Made by a program: the position numbers and the translations under genes
Shown: piece after piece, positions 10,479-19,391 of the stretch
Layout of the letters: the number at the start of each line of letters is the position of its first letter
Position numbering within the stretch: the first letter of the stretch is position 1
DNA from: an uncultured Candidatus Saccharibacteria bacterium
GTDB lineage: Bacteria; Patescibacteriota; Saccharimonadia; Saccharimonadales; Saccharimonadaceae
Length of the DNA stretch: 47,586 bases
Assembly (NCBI GenBank): GCA_963526655.1
Contig: CAUROB010000001.1
Span: forward strand, 1-47,586
Reading direction: 5' to 3'
Notes under the pieces: generated by a model
Databases searched by the model: none
What the model saw: only the letters and a program-made list of their open reading frames with translations
What the model was told of the DNA's origin: nothing

Positions 10479-11685
10479 CTATCACCTCACGAATCAGAAT
10501 GCGCTCAACCTTCTTGTATGATTCGTCCCATGACAAATCTTTGACGCTTTCTGAAGCCTTTTTGGCATAGGTGTTGATATTTTTGATCTCAACAACCTTA
10601 CACAACTCATTAGCCAGTTCAATCGGTGAAGCCGCGGCGTAGTGGATGTATTTATTTTCACCCAAAACCAAGCTGTTGTTTTCGCCTTCGTTCATCACTG
10701 GGATACAACCAGCCGCCAGTAACTCGAGCGGCAGTAGCGACACGTTAGTAAGTGACAACACTAAGCACGCTTCAGACTCTTTGTACAGATCAGCCACGTC
10801 TTGGTGAGACAAGATACCGCGGTTGACATATGGAAATGGTATTTGATAATTCGACACGTCCCAACCAAAGAACTCAATAGTGTATTCTGGATGTTTTTTG
10901 TGGAATTTATCTAGTGCAATCACGCCCAACTCAAAAGCGCGGCGCTCAGTCACTGGGCGGGCATAGAAACAAATTTTCTTTTGCTTGTCGGCTTTATCTG
11001 CCAGGCGGTAGATGTTCATGTCAGCACCAAAGTCGAAATAATCCGCCTTCATGCCGTATTCGCTCACTTTTTTAGTCAGCCAACGACCAGCTGTGATGCC
11101 ATAAAAATTCATTTTATAGGTGTTTTCAGCCAACACCGCCTTTGAACCTAGTCCATAAAAGTACGGCTCAAAATCTTGCACGAAATAAAACTTGTGTGCC
11201 TTAGTGTTGATGTTAAATACCGGGTAGGCCGTCTCCCATCCGGTAGCGATCAACGCGTCAGATTCAGTGTATTGCGACACTTTTTTCACATTAACGTCAA
11301 AATTGAAACTTTCTGACAAAATCGCCTTGGCTTCGGCTGGTGATTGCGGGTGGATTCCTTCATAGATGTAAAAAGTTACGTCGTGACCCTGCTCTTGTAA
11401 GAATCGAGCAAAGCGGGTGATGGTGTTTTGTCCACCACTTCCTTTTGAGATAGGAGACAATACCCAGCCAATTTTCAAAGACTTCTTTTTTGACTTTTTC
11501 TTTGGTGTTTTGTACGGGTGATTGATGTAGTCCGCGTTCATGATATCTTCAATTGAAGCCATCACCTCAATTGGTTGCTTGATCACTGGTGCGGTCTTTT
11601 TCGACAGATATACCTGGGTTTTCCTGACAGCCTGACCTAACCCATTTTGTCTGGTGTAGGTGTAGAATTTGTACAGTTTACTCAT
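10471..11685 (-). CDS. GT4/GT-B rhamnosyltransferase, WsaF-like
   Basis: GSGGQNTI, ATGWETA, YFVQDFEPYF, FYARPVTERRAFELG, SLTNVSLLPLE motifs. Confidence 0.85.
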   Translation of the reverse strand: MSKLYKFYTYTRQNGLGQAVRKTQVYLSKKTAPVIKQPIEVMASIEDIMNADYINHPYKTPKKKSKKKSLKIGWVLSPISKGSGGQNTITRFARFLQEQGHDVTFYIYEGIHPQSPAEAKAILSESFNFDVNVKKVSQYTESDALIATGWETAYPVFNINTKAHKFYFVQDFEPYFYGLGSKAVLAENTYKMNFYGITAGRWLTKKVSEYGMKADYFDFGADMNIYRLADKADKQKKICFYARPVTERRAFELGVIALDKFHKKHPEYTIEFFGWDVSNYQIPFPYVNRGILSHQDVADLYKESEACLVLSLTNVSLLPLELLAAGCIPVMNEGENNSLVLGENKYIHYAAASPIELANELCKVVEIKNINTYAKKASESVKDLSWDESYKKVERILIREVIGG

Positions 11686-12899
11686 GACGTTTTCTCCTTC
11701 TTACTTTTCACACTCATCCATGAACCACGCTTTTTCAACAAACCACCCCTCGGCTTATTTTCTCTCACATAAAACTGGCTGATGCCCTCTTCTGTCGTGT
11801 AGGCAATTGGCTCATACGAGTCCTTTTTCTTATTATAAGCAAACAGGGTAGCCGTAATTTCAAAATCACGGTTGTTAAACAGATCCAATGGCAGAGTATA
11901 CTTATAAATATGCGTGCCTTTTTTACTGGAGGTTATTTCCACATTATTATCATCGATAAAGAATCCGTCATCAATCACAGAAGTGATGCGATTTGAAGCT
12001 TCGTCCAAAATTGAAATACCAAATGACACTTGCCTATCTTCTGGAACAAAATATTTTACTTCAACTTCCAACGTGTCTTTCGGTGTTAACACCTTGTTTT
12101 CTACCCTTGTTTGAATATACGCAGTATTTTTCTTTGATTTCTTATCAGTTTTTGCTGTTGACTCTATATTTTCAATAGAATACAGGTTAGCAACTTCATT
12201 TGGATCGCCTGAAGCGACGATTTTGCCAGATTCCAACATAATGGCTTTATTACAAAAACGTCGCACCGACGCCATGTCGTGAGTCACCAAAATAACCGTC
12301 TTTTTCTGTTTTTTGATCTGTTTGAAATATTCAAAGCACTTACGTTGAAAGGCTTCGTCGCCAACAGCCAACACCTCGTCCAGGACAAGGATGTCGGTAT
12401 TGGCACGAATAGCGATTGAAAACGCCAAACGCACCTGCATACCACTGGAATAGTTCTTCAGTTTTTGATCCATGAACTGTTCTAGTTCGGCAAAATCAAC
12501 GATCTCGTCGTACATATCTTCAACTTCATCGTGCGAAAAGCCAAGCAATGCCCCGTTCAAGTAGACATTTTCCCGACCAGTCAATTCTGGGTTAAAACCA
12601 ACACCAAGTTCAATGAACGGAATCAATTTACCATTAACAATCACCTCTCCAGAGTCCGGCGAATAAATATCAGAAATCAGTTTTAACAGTGTAGATTTTC
12701 CACAACCGTTTCGTCCAACGATGCCGAAAAAGTCACCTTTTTCCACCGTAAACGAGATATCTTTTAGAACTTCTTGTTTTTTATAGCCCTTGACACCCTT
12801 AGTCCAGTTCAAAAATGCCTGCTTGATACCGTTTGCCTGCTCGGTTGGTAAATTAAAGCTCTTGTATAGATTCTTTACTTCTAGCGCATATTTACTCAT
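11682..12899 (-). CDS. wzt: Polysaccharide ABC exporter ATP-binding subunit (Wzt/RgpD) with C-terminal extension
   Basis: Walker A GRNGCGKST, signature YSSGM, Walker B LVLDEVLAVGD. Confidence 0.92.
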   Translation of the reverse strand: MSKYALEVKNLYKSFNLPTEQANGIKQAFLNWTKGVKGYKKQEVLKDISFTVEKGDFFGIVGRNGCGKSTLLKLISDIYSPDSGEVIVNGKLIPFIELGVGFNPELTGRENVYLNGALLGFSHDEVEDMYDEIVDFAELEQFMDQKLKNYSSGMQVRLAFSIAIRANTDILVLDEVLAVGDEAFQRKCFEYFKQIKKQKKTVILVTHDMASVRRFCNKAIMLESGKIVASGDPNEVANLYSIENIESTAKTDKKSKKNTAYIQTRVENKVLTPKDTLEVEVKYFVPEDRQVSFGISILDEASNRITSVIDDGFFIDDNNVEITSSKKGTHIYKYTLPLDLFNNRDFEITATLFAYNKKKDSYEPIAYTTEEGISQFYVRENKPRGGLLKKRGSWMSVKSKKEKTS

Positions 12900-13708
12900 T
12901 ACATATTCTCCGCAAAGGTTTTGCTGCTTTTTCTGAAATACATAATACCAATAATGACGACAACCACCGTTAGTACAACAGGTATTAGACTAATCCAGAT
13001 GTTATTTATTGTACTCCAAGTGGTTGGTGTTGTCTGTGGAGCAATCAGGCTGTATCGGACATCTTGAATACTTTGTGCAATAGGATTGAGCATCATAACT
13101 TTTGCGACTTCTGGGTGAAAATTAGACACCAGGCTAAGTGGATAAATAATTGGGATGCTATAAAAACATATCTGTAAAATCACATCCCAGATATGGCTAA
13201 TATCACGGAATTTTACGTATAGTGTTGATAATATTAGTGATACACCAAGCGCCAAGATAAACAACTGAATAATGCTCAATGGCGCCAAAAGAGCTCTCCA
13301 AGTAAAATCTACTCCAGAGATAAGTCCAAAGATTAGCACCACAATCAAGTTGATCGACAGACTGATGAGCGCGCTGGACATTGACGAGATGATGATAATG
13401 TATTTTGGAAAATTAATTTTACGCAGTAAGTCACCCCTACTAACGATGGCGTTCATACCAACCGAGGTAGCTTCGGTAAAAAATCCCCAAAGAGCAATAC
13501 CCAAGAGTAAAACAATTGGGTAGGTTTTTGTGCCGTCGGTAAACTTCAAAAATTTCACAAACACTAAATACATCACCAAAAACAGCAACAGTGGCTTCAG
13601 CACTGACCATAAGATTCCTAAAAATGAACCTTGATAGCGCAATTTAAAATCAGTTTTGACTAATTCGAGTAAAATTACTCTGTTTCGTTTATTGAACAAC
13701 TCCTGCAT
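12899..13708 (-). CDS. wzm: Polysaccharide ABC exporter permease (Wzm/RgpC)
   Basis: DFKLRYQGSFLGILWSVLKPL, FRDISHIW, PIIYP, LNP motifs; coupled to wzt. Confidence 0.92.
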   Translation of the reverse strand: MQELFNKRNRVILLELVKTDFKLRYQGSFLGILWSVLKPLLLFLVMYLVFVKFLKFTDGTKTYPIVLLLGIALWGFFTEATSVGMNAIVSRGDLLRKINFPKYIIIISSMSSALISLSINLIVVLIFGLISGVDFTWRALLAPLSIIQLFILALGVSLILSTLYVKFRDISHIWDVILQICFYSIPIIYPLSLVSNFHPEVAKVMMLNPIAQSIQDVRYSLIAPQTTPTTWSTINNIWISLIPVVLTVVVVIIGIMYFRKSSKTFAENM

Positions 13709-13733
13709 ATACCAAGTCCGATTATACCGCTTT

Positions 13734-14192
13734 TTAATCTTTTAGGCTAATCACAAGCCGTCGATCACGACCCTCACCCTCCGAGTGAGTTTCTATATCA
13801 TTAAAATCGTGTGCCGCGTGATGCACCGTCCAGCGGTCAGCCGCGTTGAGATCTAATGTTTTAGATTTACCGGTGTCTCGGACTTCCTGGAACCAAGCGC
13901 GAGCTTTCTCAGCAAGTTTTTCAGCGTGCTGCTGCTTGTAGTCAGCAATATCCAGATTGACTCGTTCCACTGCCGCATTGCTGTTGCGAAGCAGTGCTGA
14001 GAGTAAGTGTTGGATACTGCGCAACGTCTCAGCACCGCGACCAATCAGTAGGCTATTGTATTGCGTTGATGGAATTTTTACGATCAAAATATCGTCTTCG
14101 ATAGACACTTCAGCCGTTATATTTAGGTCGAAAAAGGCCATCAAATCCTCAACATATTTCTTGATGTAATCGATTGTTTGCTGCTGATCCAT
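13734..14192 (-). CDS. khpB: KhpB/Jag (EloR)-like RNA-binding protein, KH + R3H domains only
   Basis: LLIGRGAETLRSIQ (KH), DRWTVH (R3H), SEGEGRDRRLVI; canonical position after yidC. Confidence 0.88.
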   Translation of the reverse strand: MDQQQTIDYIKKYVEDLMAFFDLNITAEVSIEDDILIVKIPSTQYNSLLIGRGAETLRSIQHLLSALLRNSNAAVERVNLDIADYKQQHAEKLAEKARAWFQEVRDTGKSKTLDLNAADRWTVHHAAHDFNDIETHSEGEGRDRRLVISLKD

Positions 14193-14204
14193 GATTATTC
14201 CTCC

Positions 14205-15137
14205 TTATTCCTTGGCCTTGATCCGGGTGATTTTTGCCTCAGTTGCTGTCGCTGCACGCCTACTTGCTTGAGATTTTTTGGAGTTTTTCTTTGACTTGTT
14301 CGGTGTTTTAGAAATAGTCTCCATCTCGTCACTATCGCCTTTTAGGATGATGGCATTTTGCGCATATGCTGCAACGTTTGAGACGGTCAGATACATTGCC
14401 AGGGCGCCCGGCAGGTTGATAATCACGAAGAACATAAAGATTGGCATAAATTTCATCATCTTGCGCATCACGATAGCATTGATCTCTGACTGATCCGCCT
14501 CTTTGCCTTCAGCAGCTTCTTGCATGATATCGCGCAGTCGCTTCTTACTGTCACTGGCGGGAGAAATTTGCTTAGTGGTTAGGAACTGCATCACCGCCGC
14601 CAATACAGCCAAAATTAGTAAACTCCATGTAACACCACTATTGCTGACTGCGTGCTGTGTGAGGTCAACCATCCCCAAAAAGTTCTGATTGAGTTGATCT
14701 GGATGAGCTACTAAATTGGATACTACTGGTAATTGTTCGATAAAATCATATGCGTATTTAGCAAGGTCGCCGGTATGAACCCGGCTAGACACAAAGATTT
14801 GCACCACTCGGTAAATACCGATCAACACTGGCAGCTGAATCAAAAGCACGCCAATTGAACCAAACATGCTAATGTTGTGCTCTTTGTATAATTCCATCAT
14901 CGCAAGCGCTCGTGCCTGGCGATCATTCTTGTATTTGGCGTTAATCTTCGCCAGTTGCGGCTGCATTTTGCGCATCGCCTTTGTCTGGTGTAGCTGCTTT
15001 TTAACCATTGGCCACAGCAGAAGACGGATGATGATAGTAAAGAGGATAATGCTGACACCAAAGTCTGGAATTAAGCCGTAAATGGCCATTAAAATATTAA
15101 AAATTGGCTGTACAATCAGAACATCAAAAAAACTCAT
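14205..15137 (-). CDS. yidC: Membrane protein insertase YidC/Oxa1 (short form)
   Basis: FGVSIILFTIIIRLLLWP, MELYKEH, LIQLPV, LPGALAMY motifs; synteny with rnpA. Confidence 0.95.
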   Translation of the reverse strand: MSFFDVLIVQPIFNILMAIYGLIPDFGVSIILFTIIIRLLLWPMVKKQLHQTKAMRKMQPQLAKINAKYKNDRQARALAMMELYKEHNISMFGSIGVLLIQLPVLIGIYRVVQIFVSSRVHTGDLAKYAYDFIEQLPVVSNLVAHPDQLNQNFLGMVDLTQHAVSNSGVTWSLLILAVLAAVMQFLTTKQISPASDSKKRLRDIMQEAAEGKEADQSEINAIVMRKMMKFMPIFMFFVIINLPGALAMYLTVSNVAAYAQNAIILKGDSDEMETISKTPNKSKKNSKKSQASRRAATATEAKITRIKAKE

Positions 15138-15162
15138 GCCTCACATTATATCAAAAAATGTG

Positions 15163-15510
15163 TCATTTATACAGATTAGCCTGAGAGAATAGTCGTTTAA
15201 CTTCGTTTTGAATACTCTTATATTCCATGTGTAAAAAATCAGCCGTAACAATGATCAGCGCTATGTCATGATTATCTTTAAGCATCGGCAACTCAGCTCG
15301 AATCACCTCGTACACCCGTCGACGCACCCTATTACGGCGAACGGCTGATTTGAGGACTTTTTTACTGATTACCACAGCAAATCGACTGTGTTTCCGGCGC
15401 GGATTGGTGATATATTTTACTGTCATTACACGAGACCGTACAGCATCACCATTTTGGTACAAATACCGTAAACTGCCGTGACCGTGAAATCTGTGACGAT
15501 GCGTTAACAT
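15163..15510 (-). CDS. rnpA: Ribonuclease P protein component
   Basis: RFAVVISKKV..SAVRRNRVRRR (RNR motif); synteny. Confidence 0.95.
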   Translation of the reverse strand: MLTHRHRFHGHGSLRYLYQNGDAVRSRVMTVKYITNPRRKHSRFAVVISKKVLKSAVRRNRVRRRVYEVIRAELPMLKDNHDIALIIVTADFLHMEYKSIQNEVKRLFSQANLYK

Positions 15511-15526
15511 TCTCTTAGTATACCAA

Positions 15527-15557
15527 ATACCACTCCGATATACATCAGGAGTGGTAT
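15527..15557 (-). terminator. Hairpin between rpmH and rnpA
   Basis: ataccactcc (15527-15536) / ggagtggtat (15548-15557) perfect 10-bp inverted repeat; U-tail weak. Confidence 0.55.
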
Positions 15558-15584
15558 CAGATCATCGAGCGCACTAAGTATTAT

Positions 15585-15722
15585 TTACAGTGCAATCCGT
15601 GCACGACCTTTTAGGCGGCGTCGCTTCAAAACAGCGCGACCAGCCTTTGTAGAAACACGTGCTCGAAAACCGTGCGTACGGGCACGATGACGTTTGTGTG
15701 GTTGAAATGTTCGCTTTGGCAT
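15585..15722 (-). CDS. rpmH: 50S ribosomal protein L34 (missing from ORF track, 45 aa)
   Basis: Hand translation [45 protein letters not shown]. Confidence 0.97.
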   Translation of the reverse strand: MPKRTFQPHKRHRARTHGFRARVSTKAGRAVLKRRRLKGRARIAL

Positions 15723-15941
15723 ACTGGGTGATAGTTTAGCGTTTTTTTGGTTTTTTTGCAAGTATCAATTGTAGTTTTCCACTGCTCGGTCTATTTTATC
15801 CACAATTATAACAGAGGTGGTATATGCCTGTGGAAAAGTTTACCTCTATTTTCAGTTTCTATTCCATGAGATGTCTATGCTTGTGGAAAACTCTGTCTTT
15901 TTGCTATAGTACAGAGTAGATTATGTGTGAGGGGTTATAAC
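15723..15941. other. oriC part 1 / dnaA promoter region with DnaA boxes
   Basis: TTATCCACA 15796-15804, TGTGGAAAA 15829-15837 and 15882-15890, TTTTCCACT 15775-15783. Confidence 0.85.
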
Positions 15942-17294
15942 ATGAAAGAACAAGCAATCTGGCAGGGAGTGTTGGGTCAGTTAGAATTGACTATTCCGTC
16001 TTCTTCGTTTTCTGCATGGTTCACAAAAACAAAATTAGAGCTAGTTTCTGATAAAGAAGCAGTTATTATTGTGCCAAATATTTTCGTAGAGGCACAGCTA
16101 GAGAAAAAGTTTCATACCGATATTCAAGAAGCTTTAAAATCAAACGGTTTTGAAGGAGTGGTGCGATACCGGATTGGTTCTGGTTCACGAAAAAAAACCG
16201 TCAACCGGGATCAGCCAGAAGAGACTGCTCGCCCGACAGAACGTCGCATCATCGCCCCAACGCAAAAAAACAATAGCAATCTCAATCCGCGCTATACGTT
16301 TGATAACTTTATCGTTGGATCGAGCAACGACCTGGCTTATGCTGCCTGCCAAGCGGTCGCCTCACACCCTGGCCTCAAATACAATCCACTCTATTTATAT
16401 GGCGGTTCAGGTCTTGGTAAAACCCACCTCATGCAAGCAGTTGGTAATGAAATTATCAAACAACAGCCGTCAGCTCGGGTGTTATACACGACAACTGAAG
16501 CATTTGTAAACGAATTTTTGGATTATATCCGTTTCAAGAAAAAGGGTTTTTCTGATAAATATCGCAATGTTGACGTGCTAATTGTTGATGATATGCAGTT
16601 TATTGCCGGCAAAGAAAAAACCCAGGATGAATTTTTTCACACCTTCAATGACCTCCATCAAAACAACAAACAAATCATTATCAGCTCTGATAAACCACCT
16701 AAAAGCATCCCCACCCTCACTGACCGACTGCGTAGTCGTTTTGAATGGGGTATGGCGATTGATATTCAAATGCCTGACTATGAAACGCGGTGTGCCATCG
16801 TCAAAGCAAAAGCTGGCCTCAGTGGCACTGAGTTAGAATCAGGTGTTGTTGAATATCTGGCAGCTAATTTTAAAACCAATATTCGAGAGTTAGAGGGCGC
16901 GCTTAACCGTCTGTTGGCCTATGCTGACATGCAAGGCTTCGTGCCAGACGTAGCAGCAGCTGAAAGTGTTCTGGGCGACATGAAACGGGTTCGCCCGCAA
17001 CACATCACCGCTAAGCAGATTATCGATCGGACGGCGCGCTATTTTAATCTCGATCCAAAAGATATGTGTTCAGCCAGGCGCGATAAATTCATCGTCCAGC
17101 CGCGACAAATTGCTATGTATCTGTTGCGTAGCGAATTGAAAATGAGTTTTCCAAAAATTGCTCAAGAACTTGGCCGTAAAGACCACACCACAGCCATGCA
17201 CTCTGTCGAAAAAATTACCAAAGAAAGTTTAACCAACCAGCTAGTGCGCGAACAAATCAATGATGTCAAGGATAAACTATATGTGCAAAATTAG
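15942..17294 (+). CDS. dnaA: Chromosomal replication initiator DnaA
   Basis: LNPRYTFDNF, YGGSGLGKTHL, LIVDDMQF, RLRSRFEWG, KDHTTAMH. Confidence 0.98.
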   Translation: MKEQAIWQGVLGQLELTIPSSSFSAWFTKTKLELVSDKEAVIIVPNIFVEAQLEKKFHTDIQEALKSNGFEGVVRYRIGSGSRKKTVNRDQPEETARPTERRIIAPTQKNNSNLNPRYTFDNFIVGSSNDLAYAACQAVASHPGLKYNPLYLYGGSGLGKTHLMQAVGNEIIKQQPSARVLYTTTEAFVNEFLDYIRFKKKGFSDKYRNVDVLIVDDMQFIAGKEKTQDEFFHTFNDLHQNNKQIIISSDKPPKSIPTLTDRLRSRFEWGMAIDIQMPDYETRCAIVKAKAGLSGTELESGVVEYLAANFKTNIRELEGALNRLLAYADMQGFVPDVAAAESVLGDMKRVRPQHITAKQIIDRTARYFNLDPKDMCSARRDKFIVQPRQIAMYLLRSELKMSFPKIAQELGRKDHTTAMHSVEKITKESLTNQLVREQINDVKDKLYVQN

Positions 17295-17548
17295 TGGAAA
17301 ACCTGTGTATGACCTATGGAATTCTATCTGCAGTCTGCGACTAAGCTTGTGGCAAAGTCTGGCGGGCTCCGTACGACTGTGGGTTAACTCAGCCTTATCC
17401 ACTGCCTTGCACCAAGTTGATCCACAAAGCTATCCACAGGTTTTTTCGCCCACCCACCTCTGTCTGAACACTTGTTTTACTCAGTTTCCACAGCACCTAT
17501 TATTACTAACACCAGATAAAAAATAAGAAAGGTTATATAATAGTCACT
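17295..17548. other. oriC part 2: DnaA-box cluster and unwinding element
   Basis: Multiple boxes (ttatccact ~17395, tgatccaca ~17419, ctatccaca ~17430, gtttccaca 17484-17492) followed by gcacc, TAT-TAT-TAC-TAA trios (17498-17509) and an A-rich tract. Confidence 0.88.
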
Positions 17549-18649
17549 ATGAAGCTCTCAGTCACACAAGAAAATTTCGCAAAAGCACTTAGTAATATCG
17601 GAAGGGTAGCTTCTGGTCGTGTCGAACTTCCCATCTTGAACAATATTTTACTTCGCACCGACGGAGGGAGATTGTTGATTGCAGCTACCAATTTGGAAAT
17701 TGCTTCCACTCAGTATATTGGCGCAAAAATACAATCACCGGGTTCGATCACTATCCCGGCACGATTGATCTCAGAATTTATCTCAACCCTGCCAAGCGGT
17801 ACTATCGACCTGGAGACCAAAGACGATCACCTGCACATCACCTCTGGCAAATTTAAATCAGTCATCAACGGCGTTATTGCTGATGAATTTCCAGAGTTAC
17901 CAACCATCAATGAAGATACAGCAGTGCGCTACGAAATCGCCACTGATGATCTGAAAAAAGCGGTGTCGCAAACTATCTTGGCGGCCAGCTCTGATATGGC
18001 CCGAGCAGTGCTGACTGGCGTGTATTGGCATACCTTTGAAGACGAGTTATATTTGGCAGCAACCGACGGCTATCGATTGGCTGAGCGAAAACTCATGAAA
18101 GCAGATGGTGAAGTTGCAGCTATCATCCCGACGTCTGCCTTGCAAGAAGTGATTCGTAGTTTAAGTGACGCCACAGAAACCATCGTGATATTATTTGGCG
18201 ATGACCAAGTTTGTTTCCAAACGCCAGAACTAGAAATTATCAGCCGCTTGATCGATGGAAAATTTCCAGATTATCGCCAGCTGATTCCTCAGCAGTCACA
18301 AACGGAAATCATCGTTTCGCGCGCCGACCTCAGCCGCATCACCAAAGTTGCTAGTTTGTTTGCTCGAGATTCAGGCGACGGTGTCACCATTAATGCTTCA
18401 GCTGAAAATAACATCATCTCCATCCACTCCATTGCCTCAGAACTTGGTGAAAATACTTCAGAAGCTACCGCTAAGATTTCCGCTGATGGTCAGATTACGC
18501 TCAATTCTCGGTACTTGACTGAGGCGTTAAATGTCACAGATGGAGACGAAGTGTCGTTTGCCTTCAGTGGTAAACTCTCTCCTTGTATCATCCAATCTAC
18601 GGCGAAAAAACGTGATTATATCCACATCATTATGCCACTAAAAAGTTAG
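17549..18649 (+). CDS. dnaN: DNA polymerase III beta sliding clamp
   Basis: LPILNNILL, ATNLE, ATDGYRLA, SRLIDGKFPDYRQLIP, IIMPLK. Confidence 0.98.
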   Translation: MKLSVTQENFAKALSNIGRVASGRVELPILNNILLRTDGGRLLIAATNLEIASTQYIGAKIQSPGSITIPARLISEFISTLPSGTIDLETKDDHLHITSGKFKSVINGVIADEFPELPTINEDTAVRYEIATDDLKKAVSQTILAASSDMARAVLTGVYWHTFEDELYLAATDGYRLAERKLMKADGEVAAIIPTSALQEVIRSLSDATETIVILFGDDQVCFQTPELEIISRLIDGKFPDYRQLIPQQSQTEIIVSRADLSRITKVASLFARDSGDGVTINASAENNIISIHSIASELGENTSEATAKISADGQITLNSRYLTEALNVTDGDEVSFAFSGKLSPCIIQSTAKKRDYIHIIMPLKS

Positions 18650-18650
18650 G

Positions 18651-19379
18651 TTAATAATCACGGAACTTGTAGCACCATGATGGACGTCCATTGCCGCATG
18701 GTACAGCGGCTCGACTATCTTTTTCTTTCTTGGTCGGTATGATGTAATTATTTACCTTCATATCGTAGTTATCTGGCGTCGCGCCAAGTTTAGCCAGTTT
18801 TTCTAATATCTGACTCAGGAGAGCTTCGCCATTACGTCCAGCCATAGTGATACAGATGCCAATTTTATGCGATTTCTTGATATCCGTGCGATACGGCTGG
18901 CAAGAAAATACTCGATAGTCTCTGTCCTCAAATGGTAAGTGTTGCAATATCGGGTTGGCTTTATCGATCTCTTTACCAACCCTATTCACTTCTCGACTAC
19001 CTAGACCATCAAAAACCTTGGCGTATTTTTTCTGTTTCAGTTCATTTTTTGCTTTGTCGGTTTTTGGCGTCAGGGCGAATAATAATTTTCGCTCCTTCCC
19101 TTTTTCCAGATCAAGCTCAACGGTATATGTGTCATAGCCGTCAGCGCTAAAACTAAAAGTATGTTTACCGCTTTTAACCGCTACGGGCTTGTCAGACTTG
19201 ATGATCTGATTTTTCACTGAGTCGTACGACATTTTAACAGTCTCTGGAGCAAAGGTCGCCAGTAATGTAGTATCGTGCGTGACTGTTTGAAATACATAAT
19301 ATGAGATAAACATAACAATCAGCGCGCCGATAATCACTGCACCGCCAATAATTTTTTGCTTTGTGATGACTGGCTGCAT
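18651..19379 (-). CDS. Bitopic membrane protein, last gene of T4SS-like run (PEGA-like segment)
   Basis: N-terminal TM; GKHTFSFSADGYDTY; SD AGAAAGGA upstream. Confidence 0.65.
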   Translation of the reverse strand: MQPVITKQKIIGGAVIIGALIVMFISYYVFQTVTHDTTLLATFAPETVKMSYDSVKNQIIKSDKPVAVKSGKHTFSFSADGYDTYTVELDLEKGKERKLLFALTPKTDKAKNELKQKKYAKVFDGLGSREVNRVGKEIDKANPILQHLPFEDRDYRVFSCQPYRTDIKKSHKIGICITMAGRNGEALLSQILEKLAKLGATPDNYDMKVNNYIIPTKKEKDSRAAVPCGNGRPSWCYKFRDY

Positions 19380-19391
19380 GATATTTCCTTT

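Noticed and set aside
17260..17526. 88-aa ORF between dnaA and dnaN
   Set aside because: Runs across the DnaA-box cluster of oriC, overlaps the dnaA end, no recognisable motif
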